Assembly (NCBI GenBank): GCA_002269645.1
Contig: NIVC01001603.1
Coordinates: forward strand, 134,217-198,216
Source of the DNA: Macrostomum lignano
Taxonomy: Eukaryota
Length of the DNA: 64,000 nt
Direction of reading: 5' to 3'
In this document: in pieces, positions 10,301 through 23,137 of the stretch
Layout of the letters: every line of letters begins with the position of its first letter
How positions within the stretch are numbered: position 1 is the first letter of the stretch
Position numbers and translations under genes: made by a program
Notes under the pieces: model-generated
The model's database searches: none
What the model was told of the DNA's origin: nothing
What the model saw: only the letters and a program-made list of their open reading frames with translations

Positions 10301-13300
10301 TGCATTCACTCTGAAGCGGACTTCTCGCAGCCAGTTGATTTCTACGCTATCGGGTTTGAAGAGATGGTGGACCTGAATGCCAGCAATATCGTCAATGCTA
10401 GCAGTACTAACAAGCGGCTGTGGGCTGAGGAACTGCAGAAGACTCTGGGAAATGATGGATCTCAGAGGTTGGTTGCTTTGTGTTGGTGTTGTGCCAACTC
10501 CCCAAGGCCCAGAGAGTGTTTAACATGCTTGATGATTAGAAAGTCAAGGGGCTGATGTACACCTTGTGTGAGCTTATATGTGCTCAGGACAGGATTGACT
10601 CAGCATTAATCCGAAAATCACCCTTGATATTATCAGAAAATTGCCTCTAAAAATATCAGAAAATCTACCCTCAGAATACCAGATAATCTCCCCTGAGAAT
10701 GTTAAGAAGTCGCCCCAGAGAATATCAGAAAATCTCCCCTGAGAATACCAGATAATCTCCCCTGAGAATATCAGGAAGTCGCCCCAGAGAATATCAGAAA
10801 ATCTCCCCTGAGAATAACAGAAAATCTCCACTGAGAATACCAGAAAATCTCCCCTGAGAATACTAGAAAATCTCCCTTAAGAATATCAGAAAATCTCCCC
10901 TGAGAATACCAGAAAATCTCCCCTGAGAATATCAGAAAATCTACCCTGAGAATACCAGAAAATCTTTTCTGAGAATATCAGAGAATCTATTCTTAGAATA
11001 CTAGAAAACCTCCCCTGAAAATACCAGATAATCTCCTCTGAGAATACGAGAAACTCTCCCTTGAGAATATCAGAAAATCTCCCCTGAGAATACCAGAGAA
11101 TCTCCTCTGAGAATACCAGAGAATCTCCTCTGAGAATACCAGAGAATCTCCCCTGAGAATACCAGAGAATCTCCTCTGAGAATACCAGAGAATCTCCTCT
11201 GAGAATACCAGAGAATCTCCTCTGAGAATACTAAAAAATTTCTCCTGAGACTACCAAATAATCCCCCCCTGAGAATACTGGAAAATCCCCCTTAAGAATA
11301 TCAGAAAAGCTCCTCTGTAAATATCAGCAAAGCGTCTCTGAAAATAATCACCCCTGAGTAAATAATGTAAAGCGTTATAGTTTCTGCTCCTGTATATACT
11401 ACTTGAATTCGCTATACCGGTAGTCATTGATATTTTTTTCTTTAAAATACCAACCCATTAATCCAGGTACATCCTGTTAACATCAGTCCAACTAGTCGGC
11501 GTCTGTCTATACGTATTTGTCCGCCACGGCATCTCCCAGTACATTCGCGAGGTTGGCACAGCCAGCGTGAAAACTGGCATGAAAGGCACAGCTGGCAACA
11601 AAGGAGGCGTAGCTATCAGATTTGTCTATCACAACACTTCGCTAGCATTTGTGTGCAGCCATTTCGCAGCTGGCCAGTCCAACTACAAGGAGCGCAACGC
11701 TGATTTTGCGCAAATCTATCAACGGCTAACCTTCCAGATGGGTAGAACCCTGGCCCAGCACGACTATGTGTTCTGGTGCGGCGATTTCAACTATCGGATC
11801 AATCTTGGCAGGGAGCGAGTGCTGCAGTGCATCGCCGAGAACAATTGGGACGAATTGAGAAAGCACGATCAGCTTAATGACCAGCGTAGGCAGGTAATTT
11901 GCATCTGGTTACAGGCTGGACCATAGACAAAATCAATAGTGTGGGCGTTTTGGCCACAGAACTCCTCAGAGATCAATTTGGATCAAAGCTATAAGTCTTC
12001 GCTGAAGTACAGAATAGGGCAGAGAGGACCATACGCTGAAATCAGTAGTCTATGGTGAATATGAACTCTGCTGGGCCTATTAGAAACGCACCAAATATTG
12101 GTCGCACTAAAAAAACAAACAATATGCACTCAAAGCATAGGTGAATGGTTTTGTACCATAGGCATTTTTTATTCCATTTCGGTTTTATGCTATCATTGAC
12201 CTAATTGGGAGGCTAGCAAAGTTAAGCAAAGTTGACGGCGGTTAGTACGCAACTAAATACTCGGCCGTATCTACTTTACGCTGTCGAGCTAGAGCTAACT
12301 CCACCCGTACCCACCCTTTTGCAGGGCTTAGTATTCGCCAACTTCCACGAAGGCCACACAACGTTTGCTCCAACTTATAAATACGATTTGTTTAGCGACG
12401 AGTTCGACAGTAGCGAGAAATGCCGCGTGCCAGCCTACACCGATCGGGTGCTGTGGGCCAGGAATTCGTCAGGGAAGCTGACTGGCCCTGGCAAACTGCT
12501 CATGTACAATAGGGCCGAGTTGAAGATCTCCGACCATAGGCCTGTGGCTTGCCTGTTGGAGATTGAGGTGAGGCAAGAATTCCTTCTTATCTGGTCTGAG
12601 AATTCTCTCTATCCTGTCTGAGAATTCCCTCTATCCTGTCTGAGAATTCCCTCTATCCCGTCAGAGAATTCCCTCTATCCCGTCAGAGAATTCCCTCTAT
12701 CCTGTCAGAGAATTCCCTCTATCCCGTCAGAGAATTCCCTCTATCCTGACTGGGAACTCCCACTATCCTGACTGAGAATTCCCTCTATCCTGACTGAGAA
12801 TTCCCTCTATCCTGTCTGAGAATTCCCTCTATTATGTCAGAGAATTCCCTCTATCCTGTCAGAGAATTCCCTCTATCCTGTCTAAGAAATTCTCTCTATC
12901 CTGTCAGAGAATTCCCTCTATCCTGACTGAGAATTCCCTCTATCCTGTCCGAGAATTCCCACTATCCTGACTGAGAATTCCCTCTCCCATGCCTGAGAAT
13001 TACATCTAGCCTGTCTGAGATATTCCCTCTATCCTGTCTGGGAATTCCCTTTATCCTGTTTGAGAAATTAGCTCTTCCCTATCAGCGAGGGCTATCGTTA
13101 CCAATTATCTCAAAAAAGTATGCAACATCTCAACTCCTACTTGCAGGTGTCCCGCGAGAATCGGGCCCGTCGAAATGCCCTCTACGAGGCGCATCTCAAT
13201 GCAATCGGGCCGCCCGACGGCACAGTGATTGCCCGCGTAACCAACACGGACTATTTCGATGACGCATCTTTGGACTTTCTTATCGAGCTGTTTGGCAATT

Positions 13301-15931
13301 GCGGCAGAATATTGCTGGTTAGATTGAAGGCAGATTCAGCTCTGTTCACTTACGCTGAAGGTGTCTCAGCTTTGCGAGCTGTTCAGGTGAGACCGCTAAT
13401 GGTTGTCTGTTGGTGGCTGTCTTGCTGATTGGCATGTGCCTGTTACTGGCTGTCTTGCTGATTGGCATGTGTCTGTCTTTCTAATATAATTGACATGTGT
13501 CTGTTAGTGGCTGTCTTGCTGATTGGCATGTGTCTGTTAGTGGCTGTCTTGCTGATTGGCATGTGTCTGTTAGTGGTTGCCTTGCTGATTGGCATGTGTC
13601 TGTTAGTGGCTGTCTTGCTGATTGGCATGTGTCTGTTAGTGGCTGTCTTGCTGATTGGCATGTGTCTGTTAGTGGCTGTCTTGCTGATTGGCATGTGTCT
13701 GTTAGTGGTTGCCTTGCTGATTGGCATGTGTCTGTTAGTGGCTGTCTTGCTGATTGGCATGTGTCTGTTAGTGGCTGTCTTGCTGATTGGCATGTGTCTG
13801 TTAGTGGCTGTCTTGCTGATTGGCATGTGTCTGTTAGTGGCTGTCTTGCTGATTGGCATGTGTCTTTAGTGGCTGTCTTGCTGATTGGCATGTGTCTGTT
13901 AGTGGCTGTCTTGCTGATTGGCATGTGCCTGTTACTGGCTGTCTTGCTGATTGACATGTGTCTGTTAGTGGCTGTCTTGCTGATTGGCATGTGTCTGTTA
14001 GTGGCTGTCTTGCTGATTGGCATGTGTCTGTTAGTGGCTGTCTTGCTGATTGGCATGTGTCTGTTAGTGGCTGTCTTGCTGATTGGCATGTGTCTGTTAG
14101 TGGCTGTCTTGCTGATTGGCATGTGTCTGTTAGTGGCTGTCTTGCTGATTGGCATGTGTCTGTTAGTGGCTGTCTTGCTGATTGGCATGTGTCTGTTAGT
14201 GGCTGTCTTGCTGATTGGCATGTGTCTGTTAGTGGCTGTCTTGCTAAAGTGCATCTTAGTAACCGGCTGAAACGTATTCGCAACCTCAATTTCCAGGAAA
14301 TCGCCGGCACCCAACTGGACGACGGTCGGCAGGTTCTGGTGGAGCTGCACCTGCCCGACTGGCGCAAACGGGCCATGGCCGACATCGTCGAAGATCCCGA
14401 CTGCCCCGACGCCGCAGCCGAGGCTGAAAGTGTCGACGACGATTCGCTAACCGGCAGCGCCGTCGCTCATTTCGACGTCGACGGAATTGTCGGCGACGAA
14501 GACGACGAGATTGCCGACGCTGACGATGTCGCCCTGGCCGGCGCGTCGATGTACCTGCCGGTGGCGCACGGGGCGCAGTCGATAAAACAGTCGCACAGCG
14601 CATCTGACCTGCTCAAGCTCCACCCGACATCCGGCGGTCTTGCCGGCCAGCGCCAGGGCTCCAATCTCAATTTGGCCGCTGATCGACGCTCGCCATCGCC
14701 TGCGCCGCCGTTGCCGCCACCGCCTGCTCGGCCGCCGCCGCCAAAATCTCCAGCTAAGTCGGCGCCGGCTCCGCCGCCGTTGCCGCCGCTGCCGAAACGG
14801 CCGCCGCCACCGTCGGTTTCGCCGCAGCCGCCGCAGCAACCGCCGCTGCCACCGCCGCCTGCTTCTCTTCAGCAGCAACAGCAGCCGCAGCCTCCGCCCC
14901 CGCAGGGGTTCCAACGACCACCTCCACCACCCGCTGGTTTTTCTGGCCCGATGCAGCGTCCCGGCGGTCCGCCCGATGGTCGATTCCCCAGGCCGGGGCC
15001 GCCGCAGCCGCACCCGTCAGATCCGCGCATGATGACAGCGCCAAGACCGCCGCCTCAGCATCCGAGACCTCATCCGCCTCCGCATCCGGGTCCTCATCCG
15101 CCTCAGCATCCGGGTCCTCGACCGCCTGGGCCTCAGCAACCAATGGGTCCTCATCCGCCTCAGCATCCGGGTCCTCATCCGCCTCAGCATCCGGGTCCTC
15201 GACCGCTTGGGCCTCAGCAACCAATGGGTCCTCATCCGCCTCAGCATCCGGGTCCTCATCCGCCTCAGCATCCGGGTCCTCATCCGCCTCAGCATCCGGG
15301 TCCTCATCCGCCTCAGCATCCGGGTCCTCGACCGCCTGGGCCTCAGCACCCCATGGGACCTCGTCCTCCGGGTCCTTATCCGCCGCCGTCGCATCCCATG
15401 GGAGGACCACGTCCCGGACCTCCTGGTCCTCATCTGCAGCATCCGATGGGTCCTAGACCGTCGCCCGGTCCGCATCAGCAGCAGACGCCGCCCCAGCCGC
15501 GCCATCCGCCGCCGCCGCCTCCGCCGCGGCCGCAAGGAGCCACCGGAGATCCTGTCGCTTTCGACCCTTGGAGCGGCCAGCAACACCAGCAGCAGCAACT
15601 ATCCACTCCATCTGCTCAGCATCGCCCCAGATCTCCATCGCCGAAACGCAAGCCTCTACCCGAACCCGCCGCCTGGTCTCCTGTCGTACCCGACGCTGAA
15701 CCTGCGCCGCCGGCGCCACCGCCGCGCCAGGCGCCACCGCAGGCGACATTCGGCGGCGAAGATTTCGCCGATTTCTCTTCGGCCTCCACCGCCGCCGCTG
15801 CTGCCGGGTCTCCCGACAAGAACGCCGCCGAACTGGAAGCCGCTTTCGGTCGGGTGTTCCGCGACGACGGCCTGGTCGTTGCGCCCAATCCACGGCCCGT
15901 GACGCCGTCGACCCCTGATGCGAATCCTTAG
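4363..15931 (+). CDS. SYNJ1: Synaptojanin (Sac1 phosphatase + inositol 5-phosphatase + RRM-like region + proline-rich tail), ~1486 aa
   Basis: Exons 4363-4797, 5246-5413, 6595-6927, 8008-8316, 9797-10467, 11467-11893, 12325-12567, 13147-13386, 14297-15931; all GT-AG with consistent phases. Motifs: [39 protein letters not shown] (Sac1 CX5R), [32 protein letters not shown]. Confidence 0.96.
4905..5190. repeat. 46-bp minisatellite, synaptojanin intron 1
   Basis: Unit GACTAGATTAGCAATCCATTCCATTCTAATTTAATCCAACATAATT, ~6 copies. Confidence 0.9.
5429..5730 (+). mobile_element. tRNA-derived CORE-like SINE in synaptojanin intron 2
   Basis: B box GGTTCGATTCCC, core similar to the MIR/CORE consensus, 3' tail CAGGTGTAAT followed by AT-rich repeats. 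Confidence 0.88.
7030..7740. repeat. 39-bp minisatellite, synaptojanin intron 3
   Basis: Unit AAAGGGTGAGATTTCCTTCACCTCTTATCTCCATATCAT, ~18 copies, with a degenerate tail to ~7980. Confidence 0.97.
8440..9640. repeat. 40-bp minisatellite, synaptojanin intron 4
   Basis: Unit GATTTGTATGGGGATTTGTAGGATTAATATTATCCCAATT, ~29 copies. Confidence 0.97.
10610..11340. repeat. 23-bp minisatellite, synaptojanin intron 5
   Basis: Unit CTCC(C/T)CTGAGAATACCAGA(G/A)AAT. Confidence 0.93.
12575..13070. repeat. 22-bp minisatellite, synaptojanin intron 7
   Basis: Unit TGAGAATTCCCTCTATCCTGTC. Confidence 0.95.
13390..14250. repeat. 33-bp minisatellite, synaptojanin intron 8
   Basis: Unit GTGTCTGTTAGTGGCTGTCTTGCTGATTGGCAT, ~25 copies. 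Confidence 0.97.
15050..15350 (+). repeat. Coding 24-bp repeat (GPHPPQHP)n in the synaptojanin tail
   Basis: CCTCAGCATCCGGGTCCTCATCCG units interleaved with [11 protein letters not shown] blocks. Confidence 0.9.
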
Positions 15932-16074
15932 GTTTCGCTATGGTGGTTTTTAGTATCTAGTCAGTCATTTACTCATTGTCGTGAATAGATAGCTTTATTG
16001 GTAGGAAAGAATACAATTGATGTATGATCTGATTGTGGTCATTGGTTAGAATTTTGTAAAAAAACAAGTCATTC

Positions 16075-16330
16075 ATTGATTATGATCGAGGTCATTAATG
16101 AATTATTATCGAGGTCATTGATAGATAATGATCCAGGTCATTGACTGATAATGATCCAGGTCATTGACGGATAATGATCTCGAGGTTATTGATGGATTAT
16201 GATTGAGGTCATTGATAGACAATGATCAGTTTCATAATTAGATAATAATCGGTCTCATTGATGGATGATCGAGGTCATTGATGAATAATGATCGAGGTCA
16301 TTGATGAATAATGATCGAGGTCATTGATAT
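16075..16330. repeat. 23-bp minisatellite, probable synaptojanin 3' UTR
   Basis: Unit ATGATCGAGGTCATTGATGAATA; an AATAAA lies at ~16795. Confidence 0.85.
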
Positions 16331-17009
16331 ATAATAATCAATTAAATATCAGTAATTAGTTCTCTTATTGTATTAATTATGTTAATTAATTATAACTTAT
16401 ATAATTATCGTCGGGAATCTGCCTATTCAATACTTACTAAATCTGTTTATAGCTTTTTAGTGTAATCAGCGTCTTCTTAGGATTAGGAATATCAATTATA
16501 AGTAGAAGTGATTTGTTTCTGCACTTATTTTGGTTAAGAATTAAACTGTTTATTACAATAATGTTTACTTATAGTAGATTCAGTTCACATTAATGTTTTA
16601 TCCTTGATTTTTTGTTAAACTAATATTTAAATTTTAAAAGAAAGTTTGTGATAGTAAGTCAGTAATTTTATTAATTATACTCCTGTTTCCATTCATAACT
16701 TTCTACTGACTAAAAGTAGTAGAATGCATATCTTCAGGTGATTCTTATTCGCTATATTTCAATGCACTTTTATTCTGCATAATTCTGTATTCAATAAAAG
16801 ATTAAAGCAATTTGTTTTAATGCAAAACGTTTTTAAAGCATAATATGTTCAATTTGCAGCGTTTATCTCTAATTGAAGCGCATAATTTAAAATGTGCACC
16901 TTTTTCTTTCAATTGATAAAATATATCATTTTCGTACCTTTTGTGTATTATTAGTAGTCTTTATGTGTACTCAGATTTATTCTTTATTAGCATCAAATCT
17001 CGTGTTAAA

Positions 17010-17490
17010 GGGGCCTAAATTAGTGTCAGAAAGGCGCCGCAATTAGTGTCAGTTAGACGCCAAATTTAGTGTCAGTAAAGCGCCATATTTAGTTTCAGTA
17101 AGCGCCGAAATTAGTGTCAGTAAGGCGCCGAAATTAGTGTCAGTAAGGCGCTAAAGTTAGTGTCAGTCAGGCGCCGAAATTAGTGTCAGACGCCAAGCGT
17201 ATTGTCAGTCAGGCGCCTAAATTAGTGTCAGTAAAGCGCTGAATTTAGTCAGTAGGGCGCCTAATTTATTGTCAGTCAGGCACCGAAATTTTTCTGTCAG
17301 TCGTCGAAATTAGTGTCAGCCAGGCGCCGAATTTAGTGTCAGATGGGCGCCGTATTTAATGTCAGTTAGGCGCCGAAATTAGTGTCAGTTAGGCGCCGAA
17401 ATTCTTGTCAGTCAGGCGTCTAATTTAGTGTCAGGCGCCGAAATCAGTGTTAGTAAGGCGCCTAATTTAGTGTCAGTAAGGCGCCGAAAG
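17010..17490. repeat. 23-bp intergenic minisatellite
   Basis: Unit GGCGCCGAAATTAGTGTCAGTAA, ~20 copies. Confidence 0.9.
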
Positions 17491-18309
17491 TCATTGTCTA
17501 AGTAAAAAAACCTCAGAAAGTGTAAAATTTACACTTAAACTAGCACAGTTCAGTAGTATATTTAGATCTTGCCCATCTTCTATTCTATGTTTCTATTATT
17601 GTTGTTTGTTATTCTAGATTGGTATTGTGCTTGTTTATTAGTGTTGTATTAATAAAATAATAGTTAATCAACTTTTTTGTTAAATTATTTCTTATATAAA
17701 AGACAGCTGAGATTATGTGTTAAATCATATTTGATATTAACAGTTCAAACAGTAACTAGCAACGCCTTGCGCATATCTAGCTTAGCATCTGATGGGATGT
17801 CTTTATTCTATTCTAGAATCAATGATTAGCGCCTGACAACTGCTACAAAAGAAACTCAATTATTATATACACTAAATATATTCTGTTATTATTGTGTTAT
17901 AAATCAAATAAATATCTGCATTACTGAATTGTAGATTGCATCATAGTGTTTTTGTAGAGAGCAATGAAGACTTTTGTGCATTGTTTCTTTATTGTTATTT
18001 GATATTTAATGTGAGACTGTTGAGTTTTAAAGTGGGCCTCAATTTTCTGTTCAGAATTCTAGCTTGTATCAGTCAAATAAAAACACCAACCAACATCTCT
18101 ACCCTACTCTTTTAAATTTTTAAGTATCCCAATAATTATAGAAACATTAATACTTCAATTAGAATATAAGTTACGGTAAATATGGCGCTTAAAAGTTCCA
18201 TATACCAACAATTATAGTCAATTAAAGTTGATCTTGTCATGACCTAGGAATCTGTATAGGTCTGGGAACCATTTTATATGTAAATACTTTAACCCATTAC
18301 ACAAAAAAT

Positions 18310-18570
18310 GGGGTCGTAGCCTATAGTGGTTAGAGCGTCGGACTCTCGCGGCGAGTCGCCTGAAAGGTCAGGGGTTCGATTCCCGATCCCTCTCGGAACA
18401 ATTTGTGTCCTTGAGCAAGACACTTAACTCTGCATTGCTGCAGTTCACCCAGCTGTAAAATGGGTGCCAGCATTAGCTGGGGTAATTGAGGCTGTGTGTG
18501 GCGACCCCCCCCCCCAGTCCTTGGACTGAACAGCCGTACGCAGGTGTAATCAATTATTATAATTACAGTA
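18310..18570 (+). mobile_element. tRNA-derived CORE-like SINE, CpG-intact copy
   Basis: A box TAGCCTATAGTGGTTAGAGCG, B box GGTTCGATTCCC, core CCTTGAGCAAGACACTTAAC...CAGCTGTAAAATGGG; ~300 bp upstream of the porcupine ATG. Confidence 0.9.
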
Positions 18571-18868
18571 GCAATTAGTTTCAGTTATCTTTCAACAGTT
18601 TCTCCCCCAGTGTACATTTACCCCATGTAGTAATTGCATCACGTGACTGCCTGCCCACTTTTATCTAATCTTGCTTGTTCTATTTTTGCTACTCATTTGT
18701 TAGTAGTCAGCAATCTGAAATTTACAATCCCCGTTCAAAATTAAATTCATGTGGATATTTTACTGCCGTGTGTTATTTTCCTTCAATGACACTAGTTAAC
18801 CGATGACAATACAATTGAGTATTAGTTATTAATAATTACCGGTTATTGTTGGTTATTGAAGTCAATAA

Positions 18869-21800
18869 ATGTCGGGCGCCGGTGGCGGCGGCGGCGGCAG
18901 CGGCGATCAACTCCTGGACGAACAGCTGGCCGCCTTATTGAACTCTGAAGATGAAGCTACTGCCGCGGCCGCTTTGATGTCGGCCGCCGCTGCCGGTTTT
19001 GGCGGATCGGCAGCCGCCGCCGCCGCCTATTCGACTTCCGGCGTTGTCGGCGGCGCCGGCTACTTGGTTAGGCGAGTCAGCCTGACCGATCTGTTTAATA
19101 ACTGCGTACGGACTGTGCTGCAGCAGGGCCTGGTGTTCACACTGCCAATATTCATTATGTGCATCCTGTTTAAAGTGCTTTGCCATACGGTTGGCGAAGG
19201 ATTCGAAGAGACTGGTATTAGCTTTCTGCCTAGGCAGATTATTCACGTCAGCTCCGGCTGTCTGGGACTTGTTATATTGCATCATCTGTTTCAGGAGTTC
19301 ACTATGCTGGTACTGCTGCAGGTGAGAGTTTTTATTGCTATTTCTCACCATTTCCAGTCAGTCATTTATGTGGTTTTCCCTATCAATTCCGGTCAGTCAT
19401 CATTATTTCTATATCCGGTTAGTCACCATCCACTTCTGGTCGATTGTTATCTCTATTTTCGGTCTATCATAATCTCTGTTTCCGGTCAGTCATTCTCTCT
19501 ATCTCCGGTCAGTCATAATCTCCATTTCCGGTCAGTCATAATCTCCATTTCCGGTCAGTCATAATCTCTATCTCCGGCCAGTCATAATCTCCATTTCCGG
19601 TCAGTCATAATCTCCATTTCCAATCAGTTATAATCTCCATTTCCGGTCAGTCATAATCTCAATTTTCAATCAGTCATTTCCATTTCAGGTCAGTCTTAAT
19701 CTCGATTTCCGGTCAGTCATAATCTCCATTTCCGGTCAGTCATAATCTCTATCTCCGGCCAGTCATAATCTCTATCTCCGGCCAGTCATAATCTACATTT
19801 CCGATCAGTCATAATCTCCATTTCCGGTCAGTCATAATCTCAATTTCCAATCAGTCATTTCTATTTCAGATCAGTCTTAATCTCGATTTCCGGTCAGTCA
19901 TAATCTCCATTTCCGGTCAGTCATAATCTCCATTTCCGGTCAGTCATAATCTCAATTTCCAATCAGTCATTTCTATTTCAGATCAGTCCTCATCTCGATT
20001 TCCGGTCAGTCATAAAACCATAATCTCCATTTCCGGTCAGTCATAATCTCCATTTCCGGTCAGTCATAATCTCGCGGTTTTGTCAATCATTAAGCGTCCT
20101 CTATTTTATCATCTGGTGCATCAGACCATAATTAGCATTTAATTAACCAACGAATATTTGCAGGGCTTATTAGCCTACTTCACCATACTATTGGCTCACA
20201 CGTTTCTATCGAGGCGTTGCGGCCTAGCAACTGCCTTATTGTCGCTAATATTTCATCTGATTTGGTGAGACAATCATCAATTTAACTTTGTCTATGTTAA
20301 ATACTAAATACTAGCAATTATAGTGTTAGATTTTTATTAATAATTACATTTCAGCCAAGTGTATCTGCCGGCTGACAGTTGGCAAAAAATCCGCGGGCCC
20401 CTGATGGTCCTGTCGCTGAAAGTAGTATCTATCGGATTTGATTTAGATCGGCAACTGCTGCTACTGGTGCCTGGGGTGTTCGAATTTTTCGGATATGCGT
20501 TTAACGTTGGCACAGTTGTGTTGTGTTCGGGCCCTGGGTCGCCTTCTTGGACTATATGACTATTATACAGATTAAGGATAGGCCCATGGTGAGCTCTTTT
20601 CTTACTTATCTCGCCGCATATCTCATCTCACCCCATGTATCTTATCTCACCCCATGTATCTTATCTCACCTGATGTCTCTTATCTCACCCCCACGTCTCT
20701 TATCTCGCCGCATGTCTCTTATCTCACCCCATGTCTCTTATCTCACCCTTATGTCTCTTATCTCACCCCCATGTCTCTTATCTCACCCTTATGTCTCTTA
20801 TCTCACCCCCACGTCTCTTATCTCGCCGCATGTCTCTTATCTTACCCCATGTCTCTTATCTCACCGTTATGTCTCTTATCTCACCCTCGTGTCTCCCTCT
20901 CTTATCTCACCCTCGTGTCTCCCTCTCTTATCTCACCCTCGTGTCTCCCTCTCTTATCTCACCCTCGTGTCTCCCTCTCTTATCTCACCCTCTTGTCTCC
21001 CTCTCTTATCTCACCCTCGTGTCTCCCTCTCTTATCTCACCCTCGTGTCTCCCTCTCTTATCTCACCCTCGTGTCTCCCTCTCTTATCTCACCCTCGTGT
21101 CTCCCTCTCTTATCTCACCCTCGTGTCTCCCTCTCTTATCTCACCCTCGTGTCTCCCTCTCTTATCTCACCCTCGTGTCTCCCTCTCTTATCTCACCCTC
21201 TTGTCTCCCTCTCTTATCTCACCCTCGTGTCTCCCTCTCTTATCTCACCCTCGTGTCTCCCTCTCTTATCTCACCCTCGTGTCTCCCTCTCTTATCTCAC
21301 CCTCGTGTCTCCCTCTCTTATCTCACCCTCGTGTCTCCCTCTCTTATCTCACCCTCGTGTCTCCCTCTCTTATCTCACCCTCGTGTCTCCCTCTCTTATC
21401 TCACCCTCTTGTCTCCCTCTCTTATCTCACCCTCGTGTCTCCCTCTCTTATCTCACCCTCGTGTCTCCCTCTCTTATCTCACCCTCGTGTCTCCCTCTCT
21501 TATCTCACCCTCGTGTCTCCCTCTCTTATCTCACCCTCGTGTCTCCCTCTCTTATCTCACCCTCGTGTCTCCCTCTCTTATCTCACCCTCGTGTCTCCCT
21601 CTCTTATCTCACCCTCGTGTCTCCCTCTCTTATCTCACCCTCTTGTCTCCCTCTCTTATCTCACCCTCGTGTCTCCCTCTCTTATCTCACCCTCGTGTCT
21701 CCCTCTCTTATCTCACCCTCGTGTCTCCCTCTCTTATCTCACCCTCGTGTCTCCCTCTCTTATCTCACCCTCGTGTCTCCCTCTCTTATCTCACCCTCGT

Positions 21801-22514
21801 GTCTCCCTCTCTTATCTCACCCTCGTGTCTCCCTCTCTTATCTCACCCTCGTGTCTCCCTCTCTTATCTCATTCTCATGACTCCATCCCTTATCTCACAC
21901 TCGTGTTTATTATCTCATCTATCATAGTACAGTTGATGCGTTTCTCACGGCAAACACATTCGCACTACATTGCAGAATTTCTCCTGGCTACTAACAGCGA
22001 TTCGTGCCTACGTGCTGTCAATTGGTAGCCTATTGTACTCCACCTGTTTCAGCAATTGGATCATCATTGATGGCTCTTATAAGTGAGTATTAGTTATATA
22101 GATTTCTACTAGATGCTAAATTTGGAACTGTTATTGCCTTTCATATCTTTATTTCAAATTTGTTTTATTAAAAAACATTTTTTAGATGGCTAATCGCGTT
22201 TAGAGATGCGCAATCGTTTCGCTTCAGTCACTATTTCACTTGCTACACGTCCGAGGCCACCGCCATAGCATCCGGTATTGGCGCTTCCAGGTATAGGGAG
22301 GCCGGCAACTCCGAGACTAAATGGTAGCGGTTTTGTGCTATTTTTTCCTCTTGCGTTTTATTCTATTGCGTAATCACACGTCATTTGTGTAGGTTTCATT
22401 CTTTCAGTCATCAGCATGCTAGTAGTAGCACTTTACCGATCATGTCAGCAATTTTTACTCCTTGATAAATAAGTAGATATACGGATAGATAGATAGTTAG
22501 AGATGGATAGTTCG

Positions 22515-22574
<60 letters not shown>

Positions 22575-22590
22575 GATGGATAGATAGATA

Positions 22591-22625
<35 letters not shown>

Positions 22626-22705
22626 AGATGATGGATAGATGATAGATAGATGATAAATATATAGTTAGATAGTTAGAGATAGATAGATTGATAGATGATA
22701 GATAA

Positions 22706-22795
<90 letters not shown>

Positions 22796-22846
22796 TGATA
22801 GATAGATAGATTGATGATAGATAAATAGATAGATAGATAGATAGAC

Positions 22847-22910
<64 letters not shown>

Positions 22911-22965
22911 TGATTGATTGATAGATAGATTGATGATAGATAAATAGATAGATAGATAGATAGAC

Positions 22966-23003
<38 letters not shown>

Positions 23004-23057
23004 CCCGTAGATAGATACATAAACTTAGATAAGCAGACACGGACAGACAGACAGACG

Positions 23058-23137
<80 letters not shown>

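Noticed and set aside
14286-15902. Overlapping antisense and alternative-frame ORFs in the last synaptojanin exon
   Set aside because: Expected shadows of a GC-rich proline-coding exon.
18310-18385. tRNA gene
   Set aside because: A/B boxes are present, but the sequence runs into a shared SINE core and tail found in five copies; the acceptor stem is not reconstructable.
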